64,000 nucleotides of DNA from the human T2T-CHM13v2.0 reference genome, Homo sapiens: NCBI RefSeq assembly GCF_009914755.1, contig NC_060925.1. One strand, given 5' to 3'. A program made the translations under genes and the position numbers. Within the stretch, counting starts at the first letter, position 1; each line of letters starts with the position of its first letter. Below the pieces are notes generated by a model that was given only the letters and a program-made list of their open reading frames with translations, ran no database searches and was not told the origin of the DNA. Shown piece by piece: positions 25,925 to 37,856 of this stretch.

Positions 25925-28812
25925 AACATATATACTATTAAATTGAGCAATGACTGGGCAAAAGGAAAAATCAAAAGAGAATTAAAATCTCAAGACAGAC
26001 AAAAAATACACTATACTAAAACTTATGAGATGCACCAAACCCAGTACTAAGAGAAAAGTTGATTGCAATGAATAGCTACATGAAAAAAAGAATTCAAATT
26101 AACCAACTAACTTTATATATCAAGAAACTAGAAATAGAGAGCCTAAGTCCAAAGTTATAATACAGAAGAAAACATTAAAGTAGAAATGAGACTAGAAAAA
26201 CTAAAGAAAAATCAGCAAATCTAAATTGTTTTTTAAAAATTTAAAGGTGATAAACCTTAGCTAGACTAAGAAAAAGAGTATCCTCAACTAAAATGAGAAA
26301 TAGGAGGAGTCATTAGAACAAATGCCTCAAAATGAAAAGGATCATAAAAGACTATTATGAAAACTATGCACTTATAAATTAGATAATCTATAAGAAATCA
26401 AACTTGATTTATGCAACCTACCAAAACTAAATCAAGAGGAAATAGGAAGCCTGAACAGAGGAAGAAGAAGATCAAATTAGTAAACAAAAACTTCCCAAAG
26501 AAAAGACCGAACCAAATGGCTTCGTGGATGAATTCTAAACATTCAAAGAACTAATAGCAATCCTTCTTAAACTCTTTCAAAAACCAGGAGAATGCCCCAA
26601 ACTCATTTTATGAGGCCATCAAACACTTATATCAAAGCCAGACAAAGATAATCAAAAGAAAATAAAACTACAGGTCAATATCACTGATAAACATAGGTGT
26701 AAAAATCTTCAACAAAATACTAACAAACCAAATTCAACAGCCCATTAAAAAGAGAATAAACCATAGCCAACTGAAATGTATCTCTGGGATGCAAGAATGC
26801 TTCAACATAGGCAAATCACTCAGTGTGATATAACACATTAAGAGAATAAAAAAAAATTGCAGCAAAAGCATTTGACAGTTCATGTCAAAACTCTGAAAAA
26901 CAGGTATAGAAGGAACTTATTTCAACACAACATATCATATATGAAAAGCCCACAGTTAACATAATAAAAAATGAAAATGTTTCTCCTATGGTCTGGTACA
27001 AAGCAAGGATGTTCATTGTCACCACTTTTATTTAACATGGTACTGAAAGTCCTATCCAAAGCAATTAGACAAAAAAGCATCAAAATTAGAAAAATATTAA
27101 AATAATCTCTGTGCAGGTGACATGGCCATATATATAAAAACCCTAAGACTACACCAAAAAACTATTCGAATAAACAAATTCAGTAAAGTTGCAGAACATA
27201 AAATAGCACACAAAAATCAGTGACATTTCTGCACACAAACGATGAGCTATTTGAAGGAAAATAAGAAAGCAATCCCATTTAAAATAGCAAAAAATAATAT
27301 ATTTAGGAATACTTATCCAATAGGGCAGAAGACTCCTACACTAAAAATCATAATACCTTAGTCAAAGATATTGAAGGAGACACAAATAAATGGAAAGACA
27401 CTGTATTCATTCATTTGAATAATTAACAAATCTTCAAATTTGTAGATTTGAATAATTAACATTGTTTAAAATGTCCTTATTAAGCAAAACAATCTATAAA
27501 TTGCAATTTCTATAAAATATCACCGGTATTTCTTTACAGAAATAAAAAAACAATAAGTAACTACATCTAGAACCATAAAAGATCTCAAATAGCCAAATCA
27601 ACCTTGAACAAAACTAGAGGCATCACATTGATTTCAAAATATATTACAAAGGTATGGGAATTATCACTGTAAAGAACTGTCATAAAAAAGAAAAATGGAC
27701 ATATAGACTAATGAAACACAATACGGAGAACAGAAAGCAACCCGAGCATATTTGGCCAACTGATCAACAAAGTGAGAAGGCAACCTACAGAATGGGAGAA
27801 AATATCTGCAAACCATATATCTGTAAAGAGGGTAATATCCAGAACTTATAAGGAGCTCAAACAACTCAATAGCAAAAACCAATTACCTTGATTAAAAATA
27901 AGCAAAGGGCCTGGGTAGGCATTTCTCAAAAGACGACATAAAAATGGCCACCAGGTAAATAAAAAGAGCTGAACATCACTAAGCATCAGGCAAATGCAAA
28001 CTAAAACCACAACGAGGTATCACCTCCCACCGGTTAGAATAGCCATCATTACAGATCAAACAAAAGAGAGGGAAAGTGGAGAAAAAGAAACCTTTGAATA
28101 TTGTTGGTGAGAATGAAAATTGGCACAGCAATTATAAGCAAACAGTACAGAGTTTCTTCAAAAAGTTAAAAATAGTACTATCATATGGTCTAGCAGTCAT
28201 GCTTCTAGGTAATGGTTCACCCAAAGAAGTGAAAGCGGGATTTCAAAGAGGTATCAGCACACCAGTGTTTATTGCAGCATTATTCACAATAGCAAAAATA
28301 GAAAAATAACTGTAAATGAATGAAAATGTAATGAAAATATAAATACACATACTTGCACAATGAAATATTCTTTATTTTTTAGCCCAAAGTAAATCCTGCC
28401 ATTTGGCACAACATGAATGAACCTGAACTATATTATGCTAAGTGAAAAATACACAGAAAGACAAATACCATATATTCTCACTTATCTAAAATAGTAGACT
28501 AGCTCATAGAAACAGTAGCATGTTGGTCCCCCGTGAGGAGTTTAGGGAAACGAATAAAGACTGGTCAAATGCTACAAAGTTCAGTCATGCAAAAGTGAAT
28601 AATTTCTAGAGGGCTAATATACAGCATGGTGACTATAGTTAGCAATATTGTCTTGTATACTTGACATCTGTTAAGAGAATAAATCTTGTATACTTGACAT
28701 TTGTTAAGAGGATATCTTAAGTGTTCTAACCACACCAAAAAAAAAATAACTGTGAGGTGATGGAAATGTTAACGAGCTTGATGGTGGTCATGATTTCATA
28801 ATGTATGAAATA
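25925..28812 (+). mobile_element. L1MA-type ORF2/3'UTR lacking its terminal tail
   Basis: Continuous decayed ORF2 and 3'UTR up to gatttcataatgtat; no poly(A); 33-bp tandem duplication at 28651-28714. Confidence 0.85.
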
Positions 28813-28837
28813 TATGTACATAATGTATGAAATAATG

Positions 28838-29045
28838 TCGGAAGACACCGACACGCCGCGCCGCCGGAGCCCCAGTGCATGCTGGTTGCGCTGAAGGCGA
28901 CCCCGCCCCAGAATGCACGGAGCCTCCGCCCAGGCCCCGGAAGGACAATGTGCCCGACAACTGGCGATGGCTGTAGGAAGCCATGGTGAGGCGGGGGATG
29001 GATGGAACCACCCTGGGCCCAGCAGCTGTGATTGGCAGGAGGAGC
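28838..29045 (-). pseudogene. KRT19 (keratin 19) retrocopy fragment: 5'UTR plus ~49 codons of the head domain
   Basis: ATG at 28984 gives MASYSHRQLSGTLSFRGLGGGSVHSGAG, then after 1-nt deletions VAFSATSMHWGSGG and GVSVSS. KRT19 as recalled: [49 protein letters not shown]. The 61-nt leader GCTCCTCCTGCCAATCACAGC...CGCCTCACC-ATG matches the KRT19 5'UTR. Confidence 0.9.
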
Positions 29046-29049
29046 CACA

Positions 29050-29720
29050 TCTTTCATTCTTACAGCCTCAGTCTCTCTGCATCCTTATACTTAAGGTGTC
29101 TGTAATCATAATATTGTATAATCTGATAATCTCAGTATTTTACTTGGAACATTTAGTATATTACATATTTTATTGATACATAATATTTCTACATACTTAT
29201 GGGGCACATGTGATATTTTGATACATGCATGCAATGTGTAATAATTACTGATATAATTGGGGTTCTATGTGAGCTATAACTTCTAACCATATTCTATTTG
29301 GCCCATCTGTTTCACGTCTCTTTTTCATTCTTTCGTTGCTTCTTTTAGAAATATAAAAATCTATCATTTTTTCATTTTATAAACTTGTTTTGGCGTTTAC
29401 TATAAACATTACAGCATGTACTCTTGATTTACTAAAGTTTAACACAAATTACTACCTCTACTACATCAATATTGATATATCTTCAACATGATTTTTCATA
29501 CATTTAAGTTTTGCACAAATCTAAACTGTATATTACATTAAAATTATTGCTAAGTCAATATTGATTATGACTCATTTACATATTACTCTTTGGGGTTGAT
29601 GTTTGTCATTTTTGCTTATATTTCTGAGTTTACTTTTGAGATAATTTTTCTATGGCTGAAGAATTTTATCCACTTTTGTTTGTTGGAAAAATTTATTTTA
29701 CTATCATTTTTTATAATTGG
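29050..29720 (-). mobile_element. Ancient L1ME-like fragments
   Basis: atccttatacttaaggtgtc...tctgataatctcagtattttacttggaacatttag antisense L1ME motifs. Confidence 0.55.
29169..29174 (-). terminator. Candidate distal poly(A) signal of OR2T10 (proximal candidate at 31218-31223)
   Basis: AATAAA on minus strand; usage inferred. Confidence 0.35.
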
Positions 29721-29819
29721 AGTTAGACTCAATCTACATCTAGTTCATCCCTATTACTGAGACATGGTCCTACTGGACTCTTGATTGACAGGCTGGTAGA
29801 TGTCCCTATGCTCTGTCTT

Positions 29820-30156
29820 GAAAGCATTTCTCCCAATATCAATGTGGCTCATTAACTTGTAAACTCCACATCTTTGCTCAACTATAACCAGTGAGGATTA
29901 GCCTAAATCCCTACATAAAACGTGACCCCTACACACTCCAAGACCCCTCTCCTGCTCAAGATTTTCCAACACTTTTCTTCTGATAATACTCCATGTCTTC
30001 TTCTCAATTACCAAATTTATTTTCTGTATACACCCTTTAAGTGCTAAAAAAGATGAAGATTTTTATTTGTTTTGCTCACTGATGTATCCTCAGTTTGTAG
30101 AACGGGGCCTGGCAAACTATAGGGGCTCAGTAGTTATTTGTTGAATGAATGAATGA
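29820..30156 (+). mobile_element. L2 3' end
   Basis: Ends tatttgttgaatgaatgaatga, the typical L2 terminus. Confidence 0.75.
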
Positions 30157-30319
30157 CTTGGGGCCTAAAGGAAGATTATGTAGTCATGGAAAGTTATCTT
30201 CGTATCCTTGTACTTACAGATAAAAAAACATTCCGAAGAGAGGGAAAGCCACGTGAAAACATTGGGTATGGAAAGAACTATAGTGTTTCCAAGGTTGGAG
30301 TATGGCCCTCCCAGAGGGA

Positions 30320-30600
30320 GAGGCAATGCAGTGTGGAAAAGGCCACAGACTCCACAAGACGTGGCACATGCAGTGGTCAGGGGCAGGGACTCCGGCCTGC
30401 CTGCCTGGGCTTAAATCCCTGTTGAGCACTTTATAAGCTGCACACCCTTTTGTTCATGTTACTCAAACCCATGGGTTTCAGTTAAATCAACTGTAGAATA
30501 AGGCTAATAATAGGCTGTGAAAATAAAAGTGTTCCATACATGTCACGCACTAAAAATGGTGCCAGATCATAATAATCACACAAGACGTTATAATTATGTT
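30320..30600 (+). mobile_element. MIR
   Basis: ctgcctgggcttaaatccc...tttcagttaaatcaactgtagaataaggctaataat. Confidence 0.6.
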
Positions 30601-31485
30601 ATTTGTTAAATACAAATACAACCATGCACATACGTAAAACTGTGATTTGAAATTATATTCTAAGTATGTGTCACCATTGGCTTGAACAGGGAGAAGTGTG
30701 CGAAACTTCCATATTTCTCTGGTTAAGTCTATGAATAAACCAATTATACTCCAAACATGTTGTAGCCCATGTCTACTGGATAGCCCATGTCTCTGCTCTA
30801 ATTTTGGGAGGTTTGACTTCTTATATGCTCACAGAAAATAAGAATTTGATTGAGAACACATTCTAGAAATTCTGATGGAAGAAAAATCTCAACTGTACAT
30901 TTAGCATCTCTGAGGTCTTGAATGTGTTTATCTCCAAATGCCTATGGATGAATGAACCCCCTTGTCCCTGAGGATCCCCTGCTTGGGGCAAGTCAGGGGA
31001 AGCCTCAAAGGCTGTTTTGTCATTTGTGAAATGTGGGTGACCTTAGCCTCAGCCACAGAGGGTGAAGGTCGAATGAGGTGGTGAACGAAAAGCGTTTAGC
31101 ACAGAGTGGATGCTGAGGAACACTCTGAATATGGTGTTATTTCATACTCATCAATGGGCCCATGATAGCAAAACAAATTTTCTCTGTGGTGGAAGGTGCT
31201 CAAGGGTCATAAACACATTTATTTTCATATTTCTCCACTGTAATCTAAAAAAAGGACCATTGGCCCCGAAGGACTGGACTAGAGATCAATGCTACGAGGG
31301 AAGGGGGGGATAAGTGAACATCATCTCAAGTGTGATTATAGGAGGGAAGAACACTGGGCTGAATCCCCCTGAAGGACAACTCAGGGAGTCAGACACTACC
31401 ACAATATGCTGATTGTTTGGTGGAAGGACACCTAAAGTGAAGAGAGACTCTAAGAAGAGAGGACCAACTTAAGTTCTTTCACACT

Positions 31486-32424
31486 TTAATATGGAGGTTT
31501 CTGCACGCTCAGCATTTTTTTCAAAGCCCTTGTGACATCCTTATTCCTGAAACTGTAAATGATAGGATTCAAGACAGGTGTAAGGATAGTGTAGAAAAAG
31601 GATGACATCATATCTTTCTCAGGAGTTTGGTAGGAGCTGGGGAGCATGTAGTTGTAAATAGCAGCTCCATAGAAGAGGCTGACCACTGTAATGTGGGAGG
31701 AGCAGGTGGTGAAGGCCTTTTTCCGACCCTCAACTGAGTTCATCTTATGGATGGTGAGGATGATATAGTAGTAAGACACTGAAATGACCGTCACAGGTAT
31801 CAGGAGCATGATGACACAGCACAAGTACATGAAAATCTTGTAAAGTGAGGTGTCTGAGCAAGAGAGCTTCAAAACAGCAGGGACCTCACAGAAGAAGTGC
31901 TGAATCTCATGGGATCTGCAGAAGGGGAAGCTCATGGCGATGGGAGTGAGCATGAAGCCATCCACTGAGCCCACAAACCAGCAGCCTGATGCCAGGAGGA
32001 GACATACCCTATGGCTCATGAGCACAGAGTAACGGAGAGGATGGCAGATAGCCACATAGCGGTCATAGGCCATGGCGGCTAGAAGGCAGCACTCTGCACC
32101 TCCCAACTGCAGGTAGAAGTACATCTGGGTGCCACACCCAAGGACCGAGATGGTCTTGTCTTTGGCCAGCTGGTTCACCAGCATTTTGGGGACAGTGACA
32201 GAAATATATGTCAAGTCTATGAGTGAGAGCTGGTTTATAAAGAAGTACATGGGAGTATGCAGAGAGGAGTCAATGTGGATCAGAAGTATCAATGTAATAT
32301 TCCAAGACACAGCCATCAAAAATATACTGAAGATAAGCAAGCAGAGGCGGCCAGGGTGTGAGATCTGGCTGAAGATTCCCAACAGGAAAAAGTCACCACC
32401 CAGGGTCTGGTTGGCCAGCCGCAT
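31486..32424 (-). CDS. OR2T10: Olfactory receptor 2T10 (312 aa, intact)
   Basis: [10 protein letters not shown]...; motifs [40 protein letters not shown]; ends VQKPPY as recalled for OR2T10. Confidence 0.92.
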   Translation of the reverse strand: MRLANQTLGGDFFLLGIFSQISHPGRLCLLIFSIFLMAVSWNITLILLIHIDSSLHTPMYFFINQLSLIDLTYISVTVPKMLVNQLAKDKTISVLGCGTQMYFYLQLGGAECCLLAAMAYDRYVAICHPLRYSVLMSHRVCLLLASGCWFVGSVDGFMLTPIAMSFPFCRSHEIQHFFCEVPAVLKLSCSDTSLYKIFMYLCCVIMLLIPVTVISVSYYYIILTIHKMNSVEGRKKAFTTCSSHITVVSLFYGAAIYNYMLPSSYQTPEKDMMSSFFYTILTPVLNPIIYSFRNKDVTRALKKMLSVQKPPY

Positions 32425-32451
32425 GCTGTATGATCGGCTGAAGTGGCTTTA

Positions 32452-32470
32452 CCTGGAGGACAAAAGTAAA
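32452..32470 (-). other. Splice acceptor of OR2T10 coding exon
   Basis: Minus: tttacttttgtcctccag|GTAAAGCC..., 28 nt before the ATG; AG at 32453-32454. Confidence 0.75.
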
Positions 32471-33573
32471 CTTTATTTATAATCATGTGTGTACCACGTA
32501 AAAGTATGTTTGCTTCACTTTACCTTTTAAAAATCAATGTGAAAATCAGAGTGTATTTCCAACATGAACTGTGAATTTGCACTAAAAAGAGACAGCACAT
32601 TAGATTGTGAATCTGATTCCCCATCTAGAATGGGAATGAAATATTTATATTCTCAATGAAGAGGTCCATACAACTGAAATTAAATTATTTCCTATAGATT
32701 ATATAGTCACTAATAGTTATTTTTACTTATATATGTTCACATTTTGTGTGTGTTAGTATCTTATAGTTGCATGTTCCTGTATTGCCCAAATCCCATTCCC
32801 ATGGGATTTTACAGAGCTAATAACCAATATAGATATTTCTATATATTTGACCCTCAAGAGTCATGTCTGCAAAAAAGGATTAGTAATACTTGTGTTTCTT
32901 AAATCTCGTTACAAATCTACGAACATACAATTTTTCAATACTTAAAAGCAATATATTAAGCCACCAGTAATTGTAAACATTTTAAACATAAAATTCCAAA
33001 CCCTTATATAACGTTACAAATTTAGTCAAATTTCTTTAAATGTATTAAAGACACTAGTACAACTTGTAAATTTCTCTAAAATGATTTACTTTTACACATA
33101 TGTGATTTATAAAATGTATTTTTATACTTCCACTTAACCTATTACAAAGACATTAATCTTGTGAGTTATTTATTCATATTTTCATAATTTCCATCAAGAT
33201 GTTCTAATCCGTTGTGTTTCTGCCAATCTTTCAAGATATCAAAAAAAAATTATGGCTATCTCAGATCAATGATGCTTTAGGAATCAGCATTATCATCCAA
33301 TCAGTTTATTCTGAGGTGATTGGTCTGAACCTCACTTGGAATTTCTTGATGTGAACCTTCTTTATAAAATTAAAGTAAAATGTAATTGGATTTTACAAGC
33401 CCACATCTTTTCTTCCAATCTCCCCATTTTGCCTGTAGAATTTTGGTGAGAGAAAGTTTGCCTCAATTTATACTTATCTTATCGTGACATCCAACATATT
33501 TATTGTATGCAGGTAGGTCATCCTAAGGTTTCTTCTCCCAGTGGTTCAAGCATGGGGGTCTCTGAAGTTGCAA

Positions 33574-33689
33574 TTTTTTTTAAAGACTACTCAAGTGCAC
33601 TAGTGAGAAGGGAGGAAAATGTAGAACAAGGAATTCTATCTGTAACTGGCTGTGAACAATCAATTGAGATAACTATCTTCAGATCATCC
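33574..33689 (-). pseudogene. hY1 (RNY1) Y-RNA retropseudogene
   Basis: Minus: ggatgatctgaagatagttatctcaattgattgttcacagccagttacagatagaattccttgttctac...cttctcactagtgcacttgagtagtcttt plus A8, matching hY1 with a 4-nt deletion; TSD aagttgcaattt (33565-33576) / aagttccaattt (33690-33701). Confidence 0.92.
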
Positions 33690-35517
33690 AAGTTCCAATT
33701 TCTTCTCAGAGCATCTAGTCAATTAATCACCTTGTAATAGGCTGTAGGACTCTTCTTCTACCTGGCTATTTTGGGGGGTCAGTGGTGCTGGTCAGCCCTT
33801 TCCCGTTGATAGCACTATCTTTCTCTTGTTCAGAATTCTGTGATTTACATATGGATGCTCATTATTATTATTCTCTACTTAAAGAAAATGCATATCCTTT
33901 ATAAAATGAATAGTTTTAGATATCATTAATGTTCAATATATTAATAACGTGTCAAATGTTTATTTAAATCAGACACATATTCATCCTTTTTATATTGCAG
34001 CTTTTCTTATGTAACCTTTTACATTGTAATGTACACTTTATATTTTTTATCATTAACTTAAAATTTATAAATAAGAATTATTGCAATTGGTCATATTATT
34101 TCCTTTTTTATTTCAAATATCTTGCCCTGGCCAAGACTAAACTCGTGGGTTTTCATTTTGTTTTAGAAATACTTAGCAAAGGACACAGAAAGCATAAGAG
34201 TAAAGTAATGCCAGTTTTTAACAAATTGCTTTCTTATGTTAAGAGACTTAAAACCAAAGGGGACTTAATGTATTTTCAGTAAATAAACATGTCATTGGCC
34301 ATAACAAATGGTAGATTTTAGTCAATTAATAAATTACTAGACTAATAAACTATATTTTCCTGGAGCAGAAAGTAATTTTCTAAGTATAAAGGCAAAATAA
34401 ATAATTCCCAATAAACTTCAAAAATTCAGTGGAATTATTTAGTAGATTCCAAAAGACAATGAAGCAACATCATCTAGAAAAATTTGAAAAAAAAATTATG
34501 GTCCAAGAATGAAGCATATATCCAGCAGTGAAACAGCATAGAGGCCCTGTCTCTCAGATATCCAAGAACTCAGAAAGCAGAGAATCAGGTAAACCGTTTC
34601 AGAAATTCACTATCAGCCCTGCTCCAGCCACTGTCAGTCAATGTCTGTCCCGTCAAATAAAACAACTGCAAAATGTGAGAGTCATGGTACGCCTGGACCA
34701 AAGGCGAAACCTGAGACAAATAAAACACACATGTGCCAAATTGAATGATCATCGTCCATCTGTATCACATAATGTCTCAAAGAAAAATCAGGAAGTAGGC
34801 GCAAAAGGGGTAAGGAAAAGTAGACTTAACGGAATTTCCACAATTTATAGGAGATAAGCATTTTCACTTGCTGCCCAGCTTCTCAGTGAAATAAGTGTAT
34901 TTAATGTCCGCTCCCAAAAATGGAGTCCATTTAGGGACAGTGTCCAGGATAAGACTGGTGCCTGTCAGAGCTAATTAACTCTAGGTCTATGTAAGGAGGC
35001 CCCTTCCCAAGTTGAACAGGTGGTTTACAATGAGTATAATTATGCAAATCAGCAGTGAGATGGACATGAGCTAGTCAGGGTGAGCATATCTCAGGTTTAT
35101 TCAGGAGAACAAAAGTGAGAGTGGATATTGCATTTCTTGGCCATGTAGTTCAAGCTACCGTTCTTCCACAGACACTGAAACAAGGGGACTGAGTCCATAA
35201 GGCTGCAGAACAAAACTCCCCTTAACCAAATCAATTAATTTATCCACTTCTAGGAAACAAATGACACCAGCACAGACGGCCACGCAAGGCAAAAGAACAG
35301 CAATTAGGTTCATTCAAAAGCAATAAAATATTTTAAAGATGAACTGCTATTTCCAAAATGAAACCTTTATGACAAAGCAAGCAAACCAGTTGTGACAGGC
35401 TTCACAGTAGTAACATCTGCACTGTAGGAAGGAGAGCACCCCTCCTTCTTGAGTGGGTATTTATACTCCAAAGTGATGTGTCATGCTTCACCCAGGAAGT
35501 AGAATTATGTTGCTCAC

Positions 35518-35577
35518 CATGAGGCTGAAACCTCTATCAACCATCTCCCACTCATCCACATCTTCCTGTTTTGGAGT
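35518..35577 (-). other. Predicted 60-nt 5'UTR exon of OR2T10
   Basis: Long pyrimidine tract plus aactgatctcccag| acceptor and ATG|GTGAGC donor. Confidence 0.55.
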
Positions 35578-36379
35578 CTGGGAGATCAGTTATTTAAAAA
35601 CAAGGGGAAAAAAGGAGGAAAGGAAGGGAGGGAGGAAGAAGAGAGGAAAAGAAAACTAATATTCAACATTGCTCCGATTTTCAGAGGAAAAAATGTTTAT
35701 AATTTAAGTCAGATTTGCCTGGAAAAATATACCACCAGGAGGAAAAGGCTCAAGATCTGAAATCAGTTATTTTTTTAGTTTAGTTCTCTTCTTTTCCGAG
35801 GTACGTTGCAAGTCACCTAAAACTTTTGAGTATCTTTTTTTTCCATTTATACCTGTAGGGGTACACACTACTTATTTCTACAGCCTAATTAATAGGATTG
35901 CAGAGAGTTTCAGATATAATATGCACAGCAAGTACTTTCTAAATTATAGCTTTGTATTAGGTTAAATATGCTTATGAGTTATTTTATGTGATCTATAATA
36001 TATAACACAATGTTAGTATAATTTTACCAATTATATTTGCTGTATTAAATATATATTAACTGTTACATTGGTGATTAATATCAATTGATAATATAATTCT
36101 ATAATACATATATTATTAAAAGTTAATAACAATAAATTATTCCTTTCTTACTGGAACAAAGGAAGAAATGTAATACCCTGAGGAATTTTATTTCCAATAA
36201 GATACTTCCAGTATAGTCGTCCCGATGAATGACAGCCTTGTCATTTTCGTTGTGATCAATCTGCTCTGTGATCAGTGAAACACCAGCCTGCTTTTCTGCG
36301 AAAGGGTTTCAGATGATGAAACACTTATGAACTTGATGACTCTCCCTGAAGAGCAGCTGATGCTGCCGAGTCTAACACG

Positions 36380-36530
36380 TGCGGTCCTGGGACGACAAAC
36401 TTGAAGAATGATGCTGTCCACAGGGACCCCTCACAGGGCTGTGGTGGCCTCCATGGGAGCAGTCCTGGGGGAGTCTCTCTGGCCTTTGTTGAATGGTAGG
36501 GCCTGATTCTATAGACTTTTCCAATTGCCT
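36380..36530 (-). promoter_or_regulatory. Candidate OR2T10 promoter, cluster of O/E (EBF)-like sites
   Basis: TCCACAGGGA 36417-36426, CTCCATGGGA 36449-36458, TCCTGGGGGA 36463-36472, GGTCCTGGGA 36383-36392 vs consensus TCCCNNGGGA; unique DNA ~4 kb upstream of the CDS. Confidence 0.55.
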
Positions 36531-37549
36531 AACTCCTCTAACCCTCCAAATGAAAACAAGCATCTACTAATGGCAAACAGACTTCACCAGACTGTTTCCT
36601 TGAAGACAACTTCGCTCACAGGTCAAACCATTGCATCATCTTGCCATGAGGGAAAAGAGTGAAACGAACCTGAATTAGACAATTGATAACACATTTAATA
36701 GAGTATATTCTTCCATTTATTTATTGGTTTTCTTAGTAATAACTGTAGAAAATTTTAAAACTAAGTATTATTATAAAAAGGAGAAATAACAACACATACT
36801 ATAAAAAGCCAAAGATAACTAGAGTTTGAATTTTTCTTGCTTTTAGGCAGGCATTTTCATGTGATTTTCTTTATAGAATTTTGTATCCATTTGTCTTTGA
36901 AAATATGACATTTTAAACCAAAGTGTTTGCATTTGAGTGTCCATAAAATGTAAAACTTATTTCTAATTTCTTATTTATCTCAAACAATTGTGCATAGGAA
37001 ACTTTTTAATTATGAAAATGGACATTCGTGATTGATATCGCTTTGTTAAATGTATAAACCCTTTTAACTGAAATTTTCATCAGAAGATAGGGTTATTGCT
37101 GAAAATTTGAAAAGCATTGAATAATGTAAATAATATAAAATAACATTTTTTACTTTTAACCCTTAGAAGCACCAATTTAAGAATAATGTAACATTTCCCT
37201 CCAGGATGTGTTTGGAGACAACTGATATATCCAAAAATTTGGTTTTTGCATTTCAAACAGAAGATTATAGAATGGCCTTTACACTGTAGCATATGACTTT
37301 GAAATAATTAATGTAGAACATTGGCTGAGTAAACACATTATATGACCTCCCTGTGTCTTAAGTCTTCAGGGTGTTTTTCACGTTTTGTAACATGAGTGAT
37401 ATTTCAATAAACAGTTCTCTGTTCAATGTGTTTATTTTGGTGGAATTACAAATTTGAAATTCCAGGTGTGATGGTCAGAGGATCTATACCTCTTAGAACA
37501 TTCCACTAAATGACTTTCCAAAATGTAACCACTATTAAAAGTTTTATAG

Positions 37550-37856
<307 letters not shown>

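Noticed and set aside
28788-29176. Three overlapping 84-89 aa GC-rich ORFs as a novel small gene
   Set aside because: Explained as frameshifted pieces, or antisense, of the KRT19 fragment
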